From assembly GCF_009914755.1 (NCBI RefSeq), contig NC_060937.1: a stretch of DNA of 64,000 nt. The stretch is one strand, 5' to 3'. Source of the stretch: the human T2T-CHM13v2.0 reference genome, Homo sapiens. Below the pieces are notes generated by a model. The model did not search any database. It was not told the origin of the DNA and worked only from the letters and a program-made list of their open reading frames with translations. This document shows, in pieces, positions 16,259 to 33,100 of the stretch (positions are counted from its first letter, which is position 1; each line of letters starts with the position of its first letter). The translations under genes were made by a program, and so were the position numbers.

Positions 16259-16342
16259 ATAGCATTAAATACTATTTAGTGTTATAATAGTATTAAATAC
16301 TATTTAATGTTATAATAGTATTAAATACTATTTAATACTATT
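16259..16342. repeat. AT-rich 28-bp tandem repeat with palindromic units
   Basis: Unit ATAGTATTAAATACTATTTAATGTTATA, about 3 copies. Confidence 0.85.
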
Positions 16343-17882
16343 TATTTAACTATTAAAGTAGGCTGCCATAGATTCTGACTTTTTGATCGTACTTCATCTC
16401 TATTTCAGTCTCAGCCCATTTAAACAGATTCGCCCACCCAACTCAACATTTTTCAACATATTATAATATCCTGTATATTTTTGCGACATAGAAAACTAGG
16501 AGATTTAATCATTTGAAAAAAAGTTGAAAAGCTTATGAATGTCTTCTTGTTCAGAGTTCTATTTCATTCAACATTAATGGATACTCAAGCAATACAAGTC
16601 AGGGATCTCTTTAACACAGGTTTCACTAAACTCAAAAATCTTTACTTTTTCCTAAGTATTCAACTTTGTCTCAAGTCCCTAAAATGAGATTAGATTAGAC
16701 AAACCTAACTTAAGTCTCCATGTTTTCCAGGGGAATGACAGTTAGGTACTATGAAAACAAGACTAATTTTCTCAGAGTAAACAAGCTCATGCAGGTCTCA
16801 CACATTCCCACTAAACACCTTGCTTAGGGTTGTTTAACCTTAATAAAAGGCAATGCTTCACCATACTTAATTACTACTTTCTAGAAACTCCTGATGACTT
16901 CAGCTTTAGGAATAATTGGAAAACATTTTAATTTGGAAAAAATCCTTAAAAATACATTTCTGTATTCTCATACATATTCCTGTAGTGGAACAGGAAAAAA
17001 AATTTAAAAAATTAATACTAGTCACCAAAGTCTGTCAGAATATAGAAATTACGTGATCTACTTTTCAGTTTTCCATTAAAATTATTTTCTTTGGTAACTA
17101 AATGTAAAAATGTAAAAATTTTCCCCAAGTGCCAAAAACAAACTTATTATAGCTACTTTGTGGAAAGTAAGTTTATTGTAATAATTACAAGACAGATGTT
17201 TTAGAAAGAAATCTAGAATGACAGTAAAATTAATCAAAATAATTTTTCTAGTATTACCAAATCCAATTAAAAAACTGCTATCAATGAAAATAGGAGAACA
17301 TGATATACTGTGCTCTGGCACAAACAATTCATCATCTTAACATTCAATATGCGTTGCTATTAGTTGAACTTTTTATGACCGTGAAACTTATGAAAATGGG
17401 AAACTATCCTTTGAGGAACAAACTAGAATATCCCAAAGGATGTGCAGGTGCTGATTATTAAACTATTTCAGCTTAAGTTGCTATTTGTTGTAAAATCGGT
17501 CTCAGGTAAAACAACAAATTACTTATTAACCCATCAGGGATGTAACATTACTGGCCCTTCTTAACTTTGCTATGAGTTTCTTTGCAATCTCTTCCACAAT
17601 TCGTAAAATTTTCAAGTAAATGAGATACTTCAACCTATTCACATTTCTTTAATAGATAAAGTATAAGATGTTTGTAATAAAGTTTTTCCCAAAGTATAAT
17701 TTGATTTCCCATTGTGTGTTCTCTTCCCTTTTGTTCAGAAGTGATATATAATAAAAATATTATTTTTATCTCCCAATTACAAAGCTAAATACAAGCACAA
17801 GTCGCTATGCACAAGATGGCAGCCATAGTGTGCTTAAAGGTAGGCTTGCTGATAAGGCAGCAGTTTTTTGAGTTGCTGCTAA

Positions 17883-18250
<368 letters not shown>

Positions 18251-20544
18251 ATATGAACCTAATTATGTTTAAAATGTAACATAAAAAATAGCCTTAAGTT
18301 AACATGTATCCTCTCCTTCTATCTCTCTGTTTCCTCTTGTCTCTATGTGAGGGTGTATGAGAATAATCTAGAAAAGGCCACTGCATTTGATGTACAAAGA
18401 ACATACCATTTTATTCATTTTTTTTTGTGGTATTCTAGGTTGTCACCTTTTTAATTACATGAGTTAATATATCTTATTATTATGTATTAGTTATTAAGTT
18501 GATTTCTTTTCCCTATATTATCAATCTATTTTTATTCTCACTACCGTATTAGAATAATCTAGGCATTACCTTTTGCTACGTTATTTCAGGGAACAAACAA
18601 AATACTGAAAATGTGGAAAAGAAATAAAAATTAGCAGTTATTAGCAGTCATACAGAACCTGGCAGTCAAATCCAGTTATTATCCCATTTAGCAATGCATA
18701 GTACGAATAAATCTTACCAAGAAAGAAAAGTAAGCCAATTAGTAAAGGTCTGTTTTTACTGTGAAGAACTTAAAGAGTAAAGACTAGGAGAACCTATCAG
18801 AATTAAATTATTTTTCAAAGTTGCAAACTCAAAATATTCAGCACCTGAAATTGATCTAATTCCTTAAATAAACAAATACTAAAGGATAATAAGAAAAACA
18901 GTCTTATAGTTAGCATATTTATTTTGTTCTAGGTTTGTGGCATTTAGCTCCAAGTTTGATCTCAGAATAACAAATGTGCTAATGAAGACATAAGTCTTAT
19001 GTGAAAAGACTCCAAATACAATTTTCAAGTTGTAAGCCCACCAAATTAAGCAAGGATAGAAGATGCTTCCTATTAAAATTGCAAAAGCTGGCTCAACACT
19101 CGACCATAGGACTTGTACATGATTTTCCTTCCTCTAACACATATAATGAGTCAATCTACAAGATTTAGGAGCACACAGGAAATGCTTAGTGTTTTGACAT
19201 TCCTTTTGATGATCTAGTTGGTCCACACAGTAGTCAGCACAAATGGCATTTAGAGTTGACAAGGATCAAATTTGTGTAATCTAAATGATTTGGCAAAATG
19301 AGTTTTGTTCTGGCTGTCCTCCCTATCAAAAACAATTTTACACTAAAAATACCCTCTGACTGGATGATTTCATTTTTGTTTGGCACTTCACTACTTTAGT
19401 CGGAGAATTCAGTAGAATAATAAATTATATTTGATCAACAGATGCAGCAAGATTAACTGAGTTAAAATTGATTTTATATTTGTTCACAACATAGATTTCA
19501 ATTTTATAAACCAAAAATTGACTTAAAGTCGGCAAACAGCACAAATGACAAATCTTTATCTAGATGAAACATAAATTTAACAAAATTGTAGAAATACTCT
19601 AAAGCCAGAGCTATACATGTGAAACAGGTAGCTATTTATTTATTTCACAGTATTCTATATGGGAGCATAAAAATAAAAAAGGATAAAATACAGTATCAAT
19701 CCTATTATAATGAGATTGAAAATGTAAAATTACTGTACTTCTATTATTTGTACATGGCTAACTTGTTTTGAGGGTATATGTATGTTATGTAATTTGATTT
19801 TCAAAAAGTAACATCCCTAAGAGATGCAGGCTGTTATTATCAGAAAACTGAGGCTCAGTAAGGTTAAGTAATTTGCCTATACACGTATCACTAATAATCT
19901 ACAGAGACCGGACTCAACTCCAAGATGCTCTGATGCCAGAACTTGCATCTCAACTACTGCTGTCTTCCCACTAGAACGGCAAACAGCAAAACATCACTAT
20001 TAATAACAAATGAATTGGCTGAGGCCTATCATAGGCAGGTTTCATCAATCACTTAAGATTTGAAGAAATCAGGACTAATCATGTCTCTCTTTGAGGGTCA
20101 TCACAGGCAATTAAGATGGGAGATATATATAGGAAATTAAGTTACGGGAGAAAGAGACTGGATTTTATGAACTAGAAAATAATAACTACAAAGTTTGGCA
20201 CATATGTCTATACCCATCTACAAAAAAGAGAACACCAATATAATGCTTCTCCACTTTTTGTGTGCAATAATAATCTTTTTTAAGGCAGGGATTTTTTTGT
20301 TGCCCTCTAAATCTTAACCTCAAAGTGGGATTTCCAGATATTCAAGGTCTTAGAAACTATGAGTAAGAAAGAAGTGTAGTGGCCTTTTTCAGTACTTTAA
20401 AATCCCATCGGGAAATGTTCATGTGCTCAAAAATAAGTCACAGAAATAAAAATGTATTCTATATGAGAACAGGTGATATTGCAAACTCAGAGAGTCCACA
20501 TAACAGCTACATATGTCTAACTAAAACAGAAAAATGACACATTT

Positions 20545-22922
<2,378 letters not shown>

Positions 22923-25900
22923 TAGAAAAATTATTTTGAAATAGATTACCCGTAAGGAGTTCTGCAACAAAGGGGTGTGAAGAGGATGAAAGCATTAGGA
23001 AGAATTTCTTTAAGATGAAATGTTAAGCAAAACAAGTAAGATGTCAGATGAAATTTGCTTAAGGAGATAAGAGTGTTGTACTTTGCTAATAATTTTGGAT
23101 AAGGAAAGAGAATAGTAAAAGAACTTTCAGCAAAGTTGGGCTAATGGATTAATTAGTACAGGCTTCCACCCGTACCAATTAGGAGAAGCATCACCTGGAT
23201 AACAGAGCATTAAAGAAGAGACCATGTAGTTTGGGTTATGTGAGAAAAAGCAATTAGATCAAAATCCTCTAATATGAATGGAAAGTGGGAACCATACATA
23301 CATTATGCTTCAAAGCCACAGTGACCAATGAAAGGCAGAAAAATTAGGTTTAAACTCAATGGACAAACATGAACACGCTACAGCTGTTGGATAGATTAAG
23401 GAGGATGAGGTTGCTCACAAGATCCAACAAAAATTCCATGAGCTCAATTAATCCTGTAGAAGCATGATATCATTTGCTAATAACAAATAGATTGGTTAAT
23501 AGCATGCAGTGAATCTAAAACCAGTCACAAATAGAAAACAATGATTAATGCTATACAACACTACATGAATAAAGGTATGAACTTCACTTGGTATAAAGCT
23601 TGATGCCCGATACGCCACCGATTTACTCAGCATATAGTATGAGGTCAGATATTTCCACCTAGTACCTCCAATCTGAACTTTTGTCTTCACTCAAGTCTTA
23701 CAGTAAGTAAAAATCTATTACGAAAAGATGCTGACCCTCTATCCTTCACCTTATCCTTCACCCCAGCAACCAGGCTTTACATTAATAGTCCTCTAATTTT
23801 AAAAGAACACATTTCATGTTTTGAAATAGAAGCAGATCTGAAAACATTCTTCTATCATGAACCCATCAATGTAAATAGACAATTATTATACCCAAGGAGT
23901 ATGAAAAGAAAGTATGCCCTGTGCTGATTCTCTCTAGTAAGTTATCAAAAACACTCTTAAAAATTACAACCTTGGCTTTTCTTGCAAACTCTCTGAGCAG
24001 CAATGTACCTGAAGCTGTTAAAGAACAGGCCTTGGAGTCAGGCAGGCTTCCATTCAGTCTTAGCCCTACCAACTCTGAAGCTTCTCTGCAAAGACATGGA
24101 GCTTCTCTACCCTGCAGTTATCTCACCTGTCACATTCTGGACCTCAAAAAAAAAAAAAAAAACACTGAAAGACGAGGTGGGACACTCCATGCAAAGCACT
24201 GGGCACTGGATCTAGTAAGAAGTAACTTCAAACCATGACAGTTGTTTTGGTTTTGTTCTGTTGATCATGGTAACAAAAATAAAGCTAAAGAAAATTACAA
24301 TGCAAACTTACTCCCTATTTCTTGGGAAACTGATCAGTAGTTCAAAATAGAACCATTCCCAATGAGCACATTATCTACAGTCGATTGTTTAAAAAAAAAA
24401 TTAATTCCCAGTTGAGAATTCTCAAGTAGAAGAGAAGTGAGTTAAACTGCTGTCAAAATAAACAGCTGTTCCTCAGAGAAGCTACAAGATTTTGAAACTT
24501 TTCCCCCTTGTTCTACATGGCTTGAGGCAGCAGTCTGGAACAGATATTCCTTCTTTAGCTATTGTAACAAGGCTCTCATAGAGCAAACAAAAAAATGAAC
24601 TCGAAGGGCTGTATCTATACATATTAGTCGTGAGATTCTAGAAACACTGAGGAGAGACTGTATGAGTTAGTCAAAGGTATAGCAAAAAGCTTTTAAACCC
24701 AGCCTTTAACTACTTAAGTTTAAATCCCAAGACAATCTTAAACTATACATATTTTAGATCAATTATTTACAAACCAAACGATTGTTCCAAAAAAATGGCC
24801 ACTTTTTCTTTTCTTCTATTGGGAGAGGGGTTAGGTTTCAAGCTAGTCCCGTTTGACACAGCAATAGCAGTTATGCATTTAATAGATGTTAACGCAGGTC
24901 AGCCACATATGGTATAGACTGTGGAGCCAGACAGCCTGGAAAGAATCTTAGCTCCTTGGCAGCTATGTAATGATAGGCAAGTCAGGATCTCTCTATACCT
25001 GTTTCCTCATCTGAAAAATGGGAATAATAACAGTACACATACCACATTTAGTTGCTACTATAAGGATTAAATGGGTAAATATAGCTCCAGACGCATGGTT
25101 AGCTCTATATATGTTAGCTATTAAATCACCCATTGATCATCTGTTACTCAACAAATTTATCTATTATATGCCATGAATTGCACTAGAGACAGAAAGATAA
25201 ATATGACAGACACAGATCTTACTAAAGGAAGAAATGTCTGAACAGAGATTAGAGGGATGAGTATGATAATTTAGCCAGGCAGAGTATGGAGAAAGTGCTC
25301 CAAACATAGGAAACAGTAAGTACAGTGGTCTGAACTTGAGAGAAAACATTGCATGGAAAACTGCCAATGGGGGAGTAGGTATGGAGTGAAGACAGTGGTT
25401 CCAACCCCTGATACGTAATACAAAAATTAGCCTTCACTTTATGATAAAAGCTCATTCATGACCAGAAGTATACCTAAATGCCAGTGGATGAATAAACAAT
25501 GGAAACATTTTAACAGTACTTTTTAAGAAGAAAATTTTTGTCTATTAATGGGGATTTCCAGAACAAGATCTTCAACAAATAAAACTCTACATCTTTCTTT
25601 AGCTACATATCTAAGATTTCCGTAGTGACTCATTCACATTAACCTGATTTTCAAAGTTGAATAATACGGAATTAAAGAGCAACCTAAGAGATCAGAAGAC
25701 CCTGACAAAACGAGACATTTATTTGTCAGGAGTTTTTGCCAATATTGCTACTCTGGACTTCAAAGCGATATATTTTGTCTAAAATTTAAACAATATAACC
25801 ATATTTACCCCCCAAAAAGAAAGAAAAATAGAAGAGAATAAAGTACCTGTATAAAATCTCACAACCTTGTTACAATCACTTCCCTTCCAGCCTTCATGCT

Positions 25901-26758
25901 TATTTTTCTCCTAAATAAAATTTCTTCTATATACTATTCTTTAGATTTAATACATTTTAATATTTAATGTTAACAATTTTAATTTAGTGCAGTGTACACA
26001 TGAATGTGTGTGTGGTGGTAGTGACTTCTAGGACCCCATGAGAACTCTGAAACAAAGTAGAGCTGTCACTCTGTTACCCACTTTTTGGAACCCTTTTCCC
26101 ATTCAAACACTTTCTCTCTCTGCCCACTATTTGCCCACATGAAATGCCAAGTTACCCACAGAATGCCAAAACCCTCTAATCCTTTTAGATCTATTTACCT
26201 CTATTATATGCATAACTGCTACTGCTGTGTCCAACAGGACTAGCTTGAAACCTAACCCCTCTCCCAATAGAAAAAAAGAAAAAGTGGTCATTTTTTGGAA
26301 CAATAATTTGGTTTGTAAATAATTGATCTAAAATATGTATACTTTACATAGTTGGGATCTGGATTCAAATCCCAACTGGATCACTTACAAACAATATGGC
26401 ATTGATCTCATTTGGAAACCCTCCAAACGTCAGTATTCTAATTTGTGAAATGGAACACAAACTGTAGAATACAAGAGGCAGCATGACATAATGTTTAAGA
26501 GTTAGGGCCCTTAAAGAAGGCTTTAGAGAAGATTATATGGGTTTAAATTCTAGTTCGACCATTTTATAGCAGTATAACACTGAGCTGGATATGTTCCTTC
26601 TCTGTGCCTCAGCTTCTTTATCTGCCATAGAAGAACTGTGTGGCTTGTCTGACATACTATATGTAAGGCATTTAGAAGAATGCCTGGCTTATAGAAAATA
26701 CTTAGAATAGAAGGATATTATTACTTCATATATCCATTTTATACTTGATGCATAATTG

Positions 26759-27347
26759 TGTCAGAGGTCCCCAAGACACCCTCATGTTTGATAATTTGCC
26801 GGAAGGGCTCATAGAACTCAGAAAAGCCATTATATTCACTGTGATGGTTTATTACAAACACTATTAAAAGGAAAAATGTGCAAAGGGCAGTCTTCAGGAG
26901 AAACCAGATCCAAGTTTCCCATTGCCCTCTCTCAGTGGAGTCCAACAGACAATGCTTCATCATCCCCAAAACAATATGTGACAACATGTACAAAGTATTG
27001 CAAACCTGGGAAGCTTCTGTGAGTCTTGGTGTCAAAGATTTTATTGAGAGTCAGTCACTTTAGCATAGACTGCCTGGAAGACTAATTTTAGCTATTCTAT
27101 CTCCAGCTCAGTAAGAGGTCAAATGGAGACAGTGTGGCCCAGGGCCCCAGGTAGACAAAACAGGTGTTCAACATAAATCACATCATTAGCATATCTATAT
27201 AGGTTGGCCCAAGGCCCCAGGTATATAAAACGCCCTTATCAGGCAGGATATTTCTAGGTCTCTTAGTAGCCAGTCAGGGGCCAGTGTTCTTTGGAATATG
27301 AAGGTTTTGAGCACCCCAAGCCTGCTGAATTAACCCTTTACTGTATA
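26759..27347 (-). mobile_element. MER77-like solo LTR
   Basis: Minus strand begins TATACAGTAAAGGGTTAATTCAGCAGGC...ATATCCTGCCTGATAAG...ATACCTGGGGCCTTGGGCCA. Confidence 0.8.
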
Positions 27348-28621
27348 ATAATTTATTGAGCAACTACCATGTGCCAGGAGCTATGATAAACATTAAATAT
27401 ATATTATCTCATTTAATACTGAAAACATTTTTATGGGGAAGGAATTCACATTACTTTTTTAAAACCAATGTGGAAACTGAGGCTCAAGGTTAAACAAGTC
27501 TTCAGACACATAACTCGTATGAAATTCAAATCTAGCTCTCTCAGACTGCAAAGTCTTTACTATTTCCACTAAGCCATATTGCTTTACAAAACATTACAAA
27601 ATTTAAAATAATATATTGCAAAGTATGTGACACATACAGGTATATCATATTTATTAACCAAATTCATTTCTGGCAATGAAAAATAATTTACAGAATTGCT
27701 TTGAATTTGTGGAGAAAATAAATTAGAACTGTGACCAAATGTGTATTTTTCCTGTAAATTAGTTTTCCTTTAAAAATAGTGTTTTTATTAAAAGGCTATC
27801 TAATCCTAACTAAATAATTATAACCAAGTCCAACAACCTCAGCAATAAAGTTTTCCTGAGATTAAAAAGAACCAGTTCTTTAAATTCAACCTTCTTTTTC
27901 TTCACACCTCAAAACTTTTTAATCGCCACAAACAATTGCTAAAATACAGAAATGACTTACCCATCTATTAAGAATAACAATTTTTCATTGTAGAAATATG
28001 TCACCAGTTTCCCTAGGGAGGCAACAATGCCTTCTCACTTTAATATGTGTGTAGTTCTTTTCTTCCCCCCACCTAATCAGCTAATATGTTTGAAAAGATA
28101 TTTTTAATGCCTAAATGAAAGGATTCCACATCAAAGACCTGACCTCCCTATTAAAGTATCCTAAAGGAAACCCTACGAATGTAAAACCTATTCAAAGGCA
28201 AATTGCGTGTAGCTTATTGTACAATGCATTAAGGAAAAAAAGCCTTACAAAAGCTGCAAGGAATTTGGTAAAATTATATCACAAAAATATAAGCTGATCT
28301 TGAAGTATAAAGAAACAAATTCATAGCCAAAAACTTATTACAGAAGTGCTCTGTAATTAGCCAGCAAGGGAGTCTTTATGAAGAACTTCAGAATTTGTCA
28401 CTTTTTCAATCAAAATGTCTGATTACAGCTTAATATTGGAAAGGCCAAAAGGAGAACAAACCATACATTTTTCAATAGATTTTTAAATCTGAAATTTTAT
28501 AGCTTTCAAAATCAGAAAAGATAGGTTTTCCTACAGCAACAAGAGTAGAACGATGTAATGAGATAATAGATAAGATAGTATAAATAAAAAAACTTTTTAA
28601 AAAACAATTTTTTTACCATAC

Positions 28622-28786
28622 CATGAATGTGGTTCTGAAGTTATTCAGGTCAGTAAGAAAGTCTTCCACAGACACCTTCTTCACATCAATGGCATAGTAT
28701 CCTATTATACTCTGGTATAACTTTTCCATGTTTTCGTGTAACTTCGAAAGTGTCTCATATTGTTCTTTTGCACTGATAACAAATCT
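28622..28786 (-). CDS. DIAPH3: DIAPH3 coding exon (probably exon 24), 165 nt, begins at a U12 AC acceptor
   Basis: ccttaactatagtatac|AGATTTGTT...TTCATG|gtatgg; RFVISAKEQYETLSKLHENMEKLYQSIIGYYAIDVKKVSVEDFLTDLNNFRTTFM (within ORF 28613..28882). Confidence 0.95.
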
Positions 28787-29149
28787 GTATACTATAGTTA
28801 AGGTATTCTGAAATTTACAAAGTAATGCTTTGGGGGCAGGGGGAACTCTGTAAATCCAATGTTTTAGTCTAATAGCCACCATTACTATATTTCCAAAATT
28901 CTAAAATTACTTCTAATAGTTGACCATTCTTAAAGTCAGTCTATACTACATAGCAACAAAATCTTAAATTCAATTTCCAATTAACTTTGGGAAATCATTA
29001 GAAAAGATTTATATATTTAATATTTCTCTTTAACAAGTTTAAAAAATCTTTCTTCCAACTTACTATAATAATATAATATGCAGATCATACAATATGATTT
29101 AAAATTATAGTTCAGTAGTTGCAGCTGAATAATTGCAATGATATTGAAA

Positions 29150-29400
29150 TCAACAGTACAAGCATTAAACACAACAGTTAAATTGGACATCTTGGGATCA
29201 ATTTCTAGCTCCTATACTTGGTAATAGTGTGCCTGTGGGCAAGTGCCTTCATGTCTCTGTGCTTCAATTTCCTCATCTGTAAAATGGGAACAATAATATC
29301 ACCAACTCACAGGGCTATTGAGAGGACTAAATGAGCTAACACATGCAAAGTTCTCAGAAAAGTGGGCATTTAGTAGCACACAAAAATACTTGTTATCATC
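29150..29400 (+). mobile_element. MIR (others at about 15330-15550, 19830-19960, 24910-25125, 26490-26720, 27350-27580, 37270-37515, 48490-48720, 61690-61900)
   Basis: MIR core TTTCCTCATCTGTAAAATGGG...GAGGACTAAATGAG. Confidence 0.75.
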
Positions 29401-30026
29401 ATCCCTCACTTATTTTAAACTTTAAGGTTCTAAAAGCAAACAAAATAAAATTTTAAGAGTTAAACTGAAAACTTCTCCCATTATCTAACCAAATTAGTGT
29501 TCCAACTTCTCTTAGAAAACTGGTATATAATTTCTTTATGCATTAGATTATTAAAAATTATGATTACACACACAGGCACACACATATAGAAACGTTCTTC
29601 TCTCACTCATGACAATATATTTCAAAACACACTGAAATTAAGAAGATGAATTTAATGTGAATGTGACAGCCACTGACATTAGAAAACATTTTCTAAATAA
29701 ACAATGAAATTTTTTTTCTTGTGTGGCAAATTGCTAATGCAGTCAGATATAACATCACTATACCATATCCAGAAAAAATGATTCTTTTAGAGCATCACTC
29801 ATAATTGCCTATGGCTCCTTTAAATTAACATTTAACGAAATGGAACATAGTTAAATTTGCAGAAGTCCTTTTACTAACTTTGACTAGCCATTAGCAAAAT
29901 TTAAAACAAATAAAAAACAGTATTCAGGCAGGCCAAGAGAAAGAAGCTAAAAATGGAATTTTTATATCTAAAATTTTTTTTGGCCCACAATTTCAAAAAG
30001 ATATGGTTCTTCTGGCCAGAACTTAC

Positions 30027-30181
30027 ATCAGTAGAGGATGAAATAAGGAAACTGATGCAGGTCCTTTTCTTTGAGAAAAATAATGAAAGACCAAGGAAAA
30101 AAGAGACAGCACTACTGCCAGGTAGGGAGTAAATGTAGGCTAGCATATGAAAGAATTCTAATTCTTCATCATCATCTTCAT
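30027..30181 (-). other. Candidate cryptic U2-type cassette exon nested in the U12 intron
   Basis: Branch CTAAC (30207-30203), tract ATTTGCATTTTCTTTTAG, GAAGAT-rich start, donor GAT|GTAAGT (30026-30021), open frame; no expression evidence available. Confidence 0.4.
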
Positions 30182-33100
30182 CTAAAAGAAAATGCAAATG
30201 TAGTTAGCTGTCCTTGTGCAAACTGTTAAACTCCAACTTCTGTATTCGTCAAGAGCTTTGGAAAAATACGTGAGATACTCAACAAAATAAACATTTCATA
30301 AAATTCATTATAAAAATATTGATATAAGCCCAATTACTTGATGTTTTGGGAAATCTATTTTGTTTTCCTTTACCAACACTGAGGCCAAATTCTCATGAAT
30401 TTCTACTAGAATCACTGTCATCTTCCCATTTGAGAGGTAGATAACAACCAGATCTGTGTTTACATGCATTGAACCACAAGTGTTAAGTGTTGGCCAGCTA
30501 TGACTTGGAATTCTACTCCTGGTATGCCAGTATTGCTCATTACCAAACCACCTACCACAAATATATCCCACATTTATTTTTAGGTCATACTGCCTTTATT
30601 ACAGTTCTGTCACTGAGGATGCCCATAACTTCCATTAACATACTTTATAAGGATCAGCATCATTCAGTCCTATGTGTCTAATATATTTCATAGACTTTCT
30701 TAAGTACACAGGATCCAGCAAGCCATTCAGTAAGTATTATCTGAGTTCCACTGTATTCTAGGCACTAGGAAAAACAGTAGCTAACAAGTCAGGCAAAGTC
30801 CTTGCTGTCAAGAAACATTTTAGAGTATGGAGACAGATAATAAACAAATGAATCAGATTTTTAACATAGTAATAAGTATGATGTAGAAAAAAAATATGAT
30901 ATTACATAGAGTGACAGAGGTTAGGTAGTTAAAATCTTGGCTAAGAAAGTGAGATTGACTAAAACAACAGAGGCTTGACTGTTAAAGAGCAGTGAGCTGT
31001 CCATTGGGTAGTACTCCCTTGTAGGTATAAGACTTCAGAAAATGAAAAGATTATTATAAATTTGGGGACTCAGAGAGAATTAAGAACAGCACATTTAATG
31101 CTAGTTTTAAAAGTCTGCTAAGAAGGAATTAAGTGGAACACAGGCAAGAAAGAAAGAACAGAAGAAGAAAAGGAGAAGAAAGTGAGAAGACTAATTCAAG
31201 AGAAGAAAAATCTGCTACAATAAATCACCCAATTGCCCCACTTCCCACTCTTACAACTGGGCCGTGTATTATACAAGTTTACATTTCATCCATTCCAATC
31301 TTCTATTTTACTTCCTAGTCGCCACAGTTCAAAGTTCAACATACTAAATTCCTTTATCTGAAAAATGCTGTACATTATGCAGTGTAGAATATAGATATAA
31401 GTAAATCTTTCTCTCAATGAATTTACTGGGCTGGCTTTAGCATCTACCCAGTGATTTCAGAAGTTTCTAAAGCATTGCTATATAGAATAACACACAAAAA
31501 AAGTGTGAAAATAAAGTGGGATTTCAATGAACAAATTTAAAGAATATAACATGGAAAGGAGTCAAGTAACTTGTCACATAAGTTGTAATAAATACAGAAA
31601 TATATAAATGTCTAGCAAAATAAGTTTTTCTGAAAGACTCAGGAGAGGGAGTAGGAAGAAAATAGAAAGGCAAGTGCTCAGGCAAGAAGAATTTCAAGTG
31701 CAATGCTCCAAATTCTATTTGTTCTTCTCCTTAAAATAAGACATATCACAGAATTTAAAGATCATGAGAAAGGAACAAACACTACATGACACAAATCCTG
31801 GCATATTCTTAATTTTCTCACCGATAAAAATTTAGTAAGTACGTACACCTCACATATAATAGCTTGCATGTAACAATACTGATATACATTGAATTTGGTT
31901 TCACATTTTTCAAGCAAGTAGTTACTGTGGAAATATTCAATTCTAATTAAGGCTCTGACTAGACTTAGCAAGTGGGAGGTAATAATTATTACTAAAATGT
32001 CAATGATATTTGAAATAATAGTGCATCCTTTTTAAAGGATGCACTAAATGCAATTTTTTAATATTAAGCAGTATATGTAAAGAGTAAGCATACACAGAAA
32101 GAATAAAAATACAACATACTATCATCGAGTGCTATTAGTAAAATTTCACATTACAATAAAATTGTATCTTAATAATTTAAAACAATTCAATTAATTGATT
32201 TAACAGTTCACTAAATTATAATTATTTAAGTACGTACTTGTAAGATACATTGTTAACAAATTTAAAAATACACATATTCTTCCAGAATTGGTGAATGAAC
32301 CAAACATTTGATATGTACCTCGATGAATAAGCATTTCAATGAAAAACATGAACAAAGTTTAAGTGGTTAATAACAAACTTTAAGTATATTTTATTCATTG
32401 TGCATTTTAGCTTCCAAATTCTTCAATTTTTTAACATCTAAGAAGCTCACAATTTGCCATTTTAATAAGATCTGTATAAATGCATTTAATATGCAAAATC
32501 TGACATGTCAGTCCTAATTAATGTAAACAAAGACTCGCAATGAATGAATTTAATTACTTCGAAACTAGTATGTCTAACTAAGATGAAAAGCAAACGAGTG
32601 CAATCTAATCTCAGCAAAGAATATTTATGATTATAAGCTTTGTCAATAGCAAAGTGCACCAACTGTTCATATATCTGACTTCCAAGAGATACATGAATGC
32701 TAATCAGTTCATTAGAGGCTTCTAGGTTGTGATATTTAATGACAGGATGTAGTAGCTTTCTTGTCCATGGAGTATAATTGTACTCAGAATGAAAAATTGT
32801 TTCCAACAAAGCATCATCCTTCCTGTTTCTGATTTCCTGCTGGTTGCTTTTTATGAGCCGCATACCTTTCAAGAAGCCGACATCATTCAGTTTCTTGTGT
32901 CATATAAATCCAAGTATAGATATGTCCTGAGATCGTGTGCTAAGCAAGATTCTACAACCTTTACTCCAAGCTCAGGAATTCATCTTGGTTCTATAAACCT
33001 GAGCTTCATAATTAGTGCATTCACAGTGTACTACCAGAAGCTACATGCAAGCAAAATCTTTTCTGAACTGCTTTATATCTATAGGGAACAATAATAAGTA

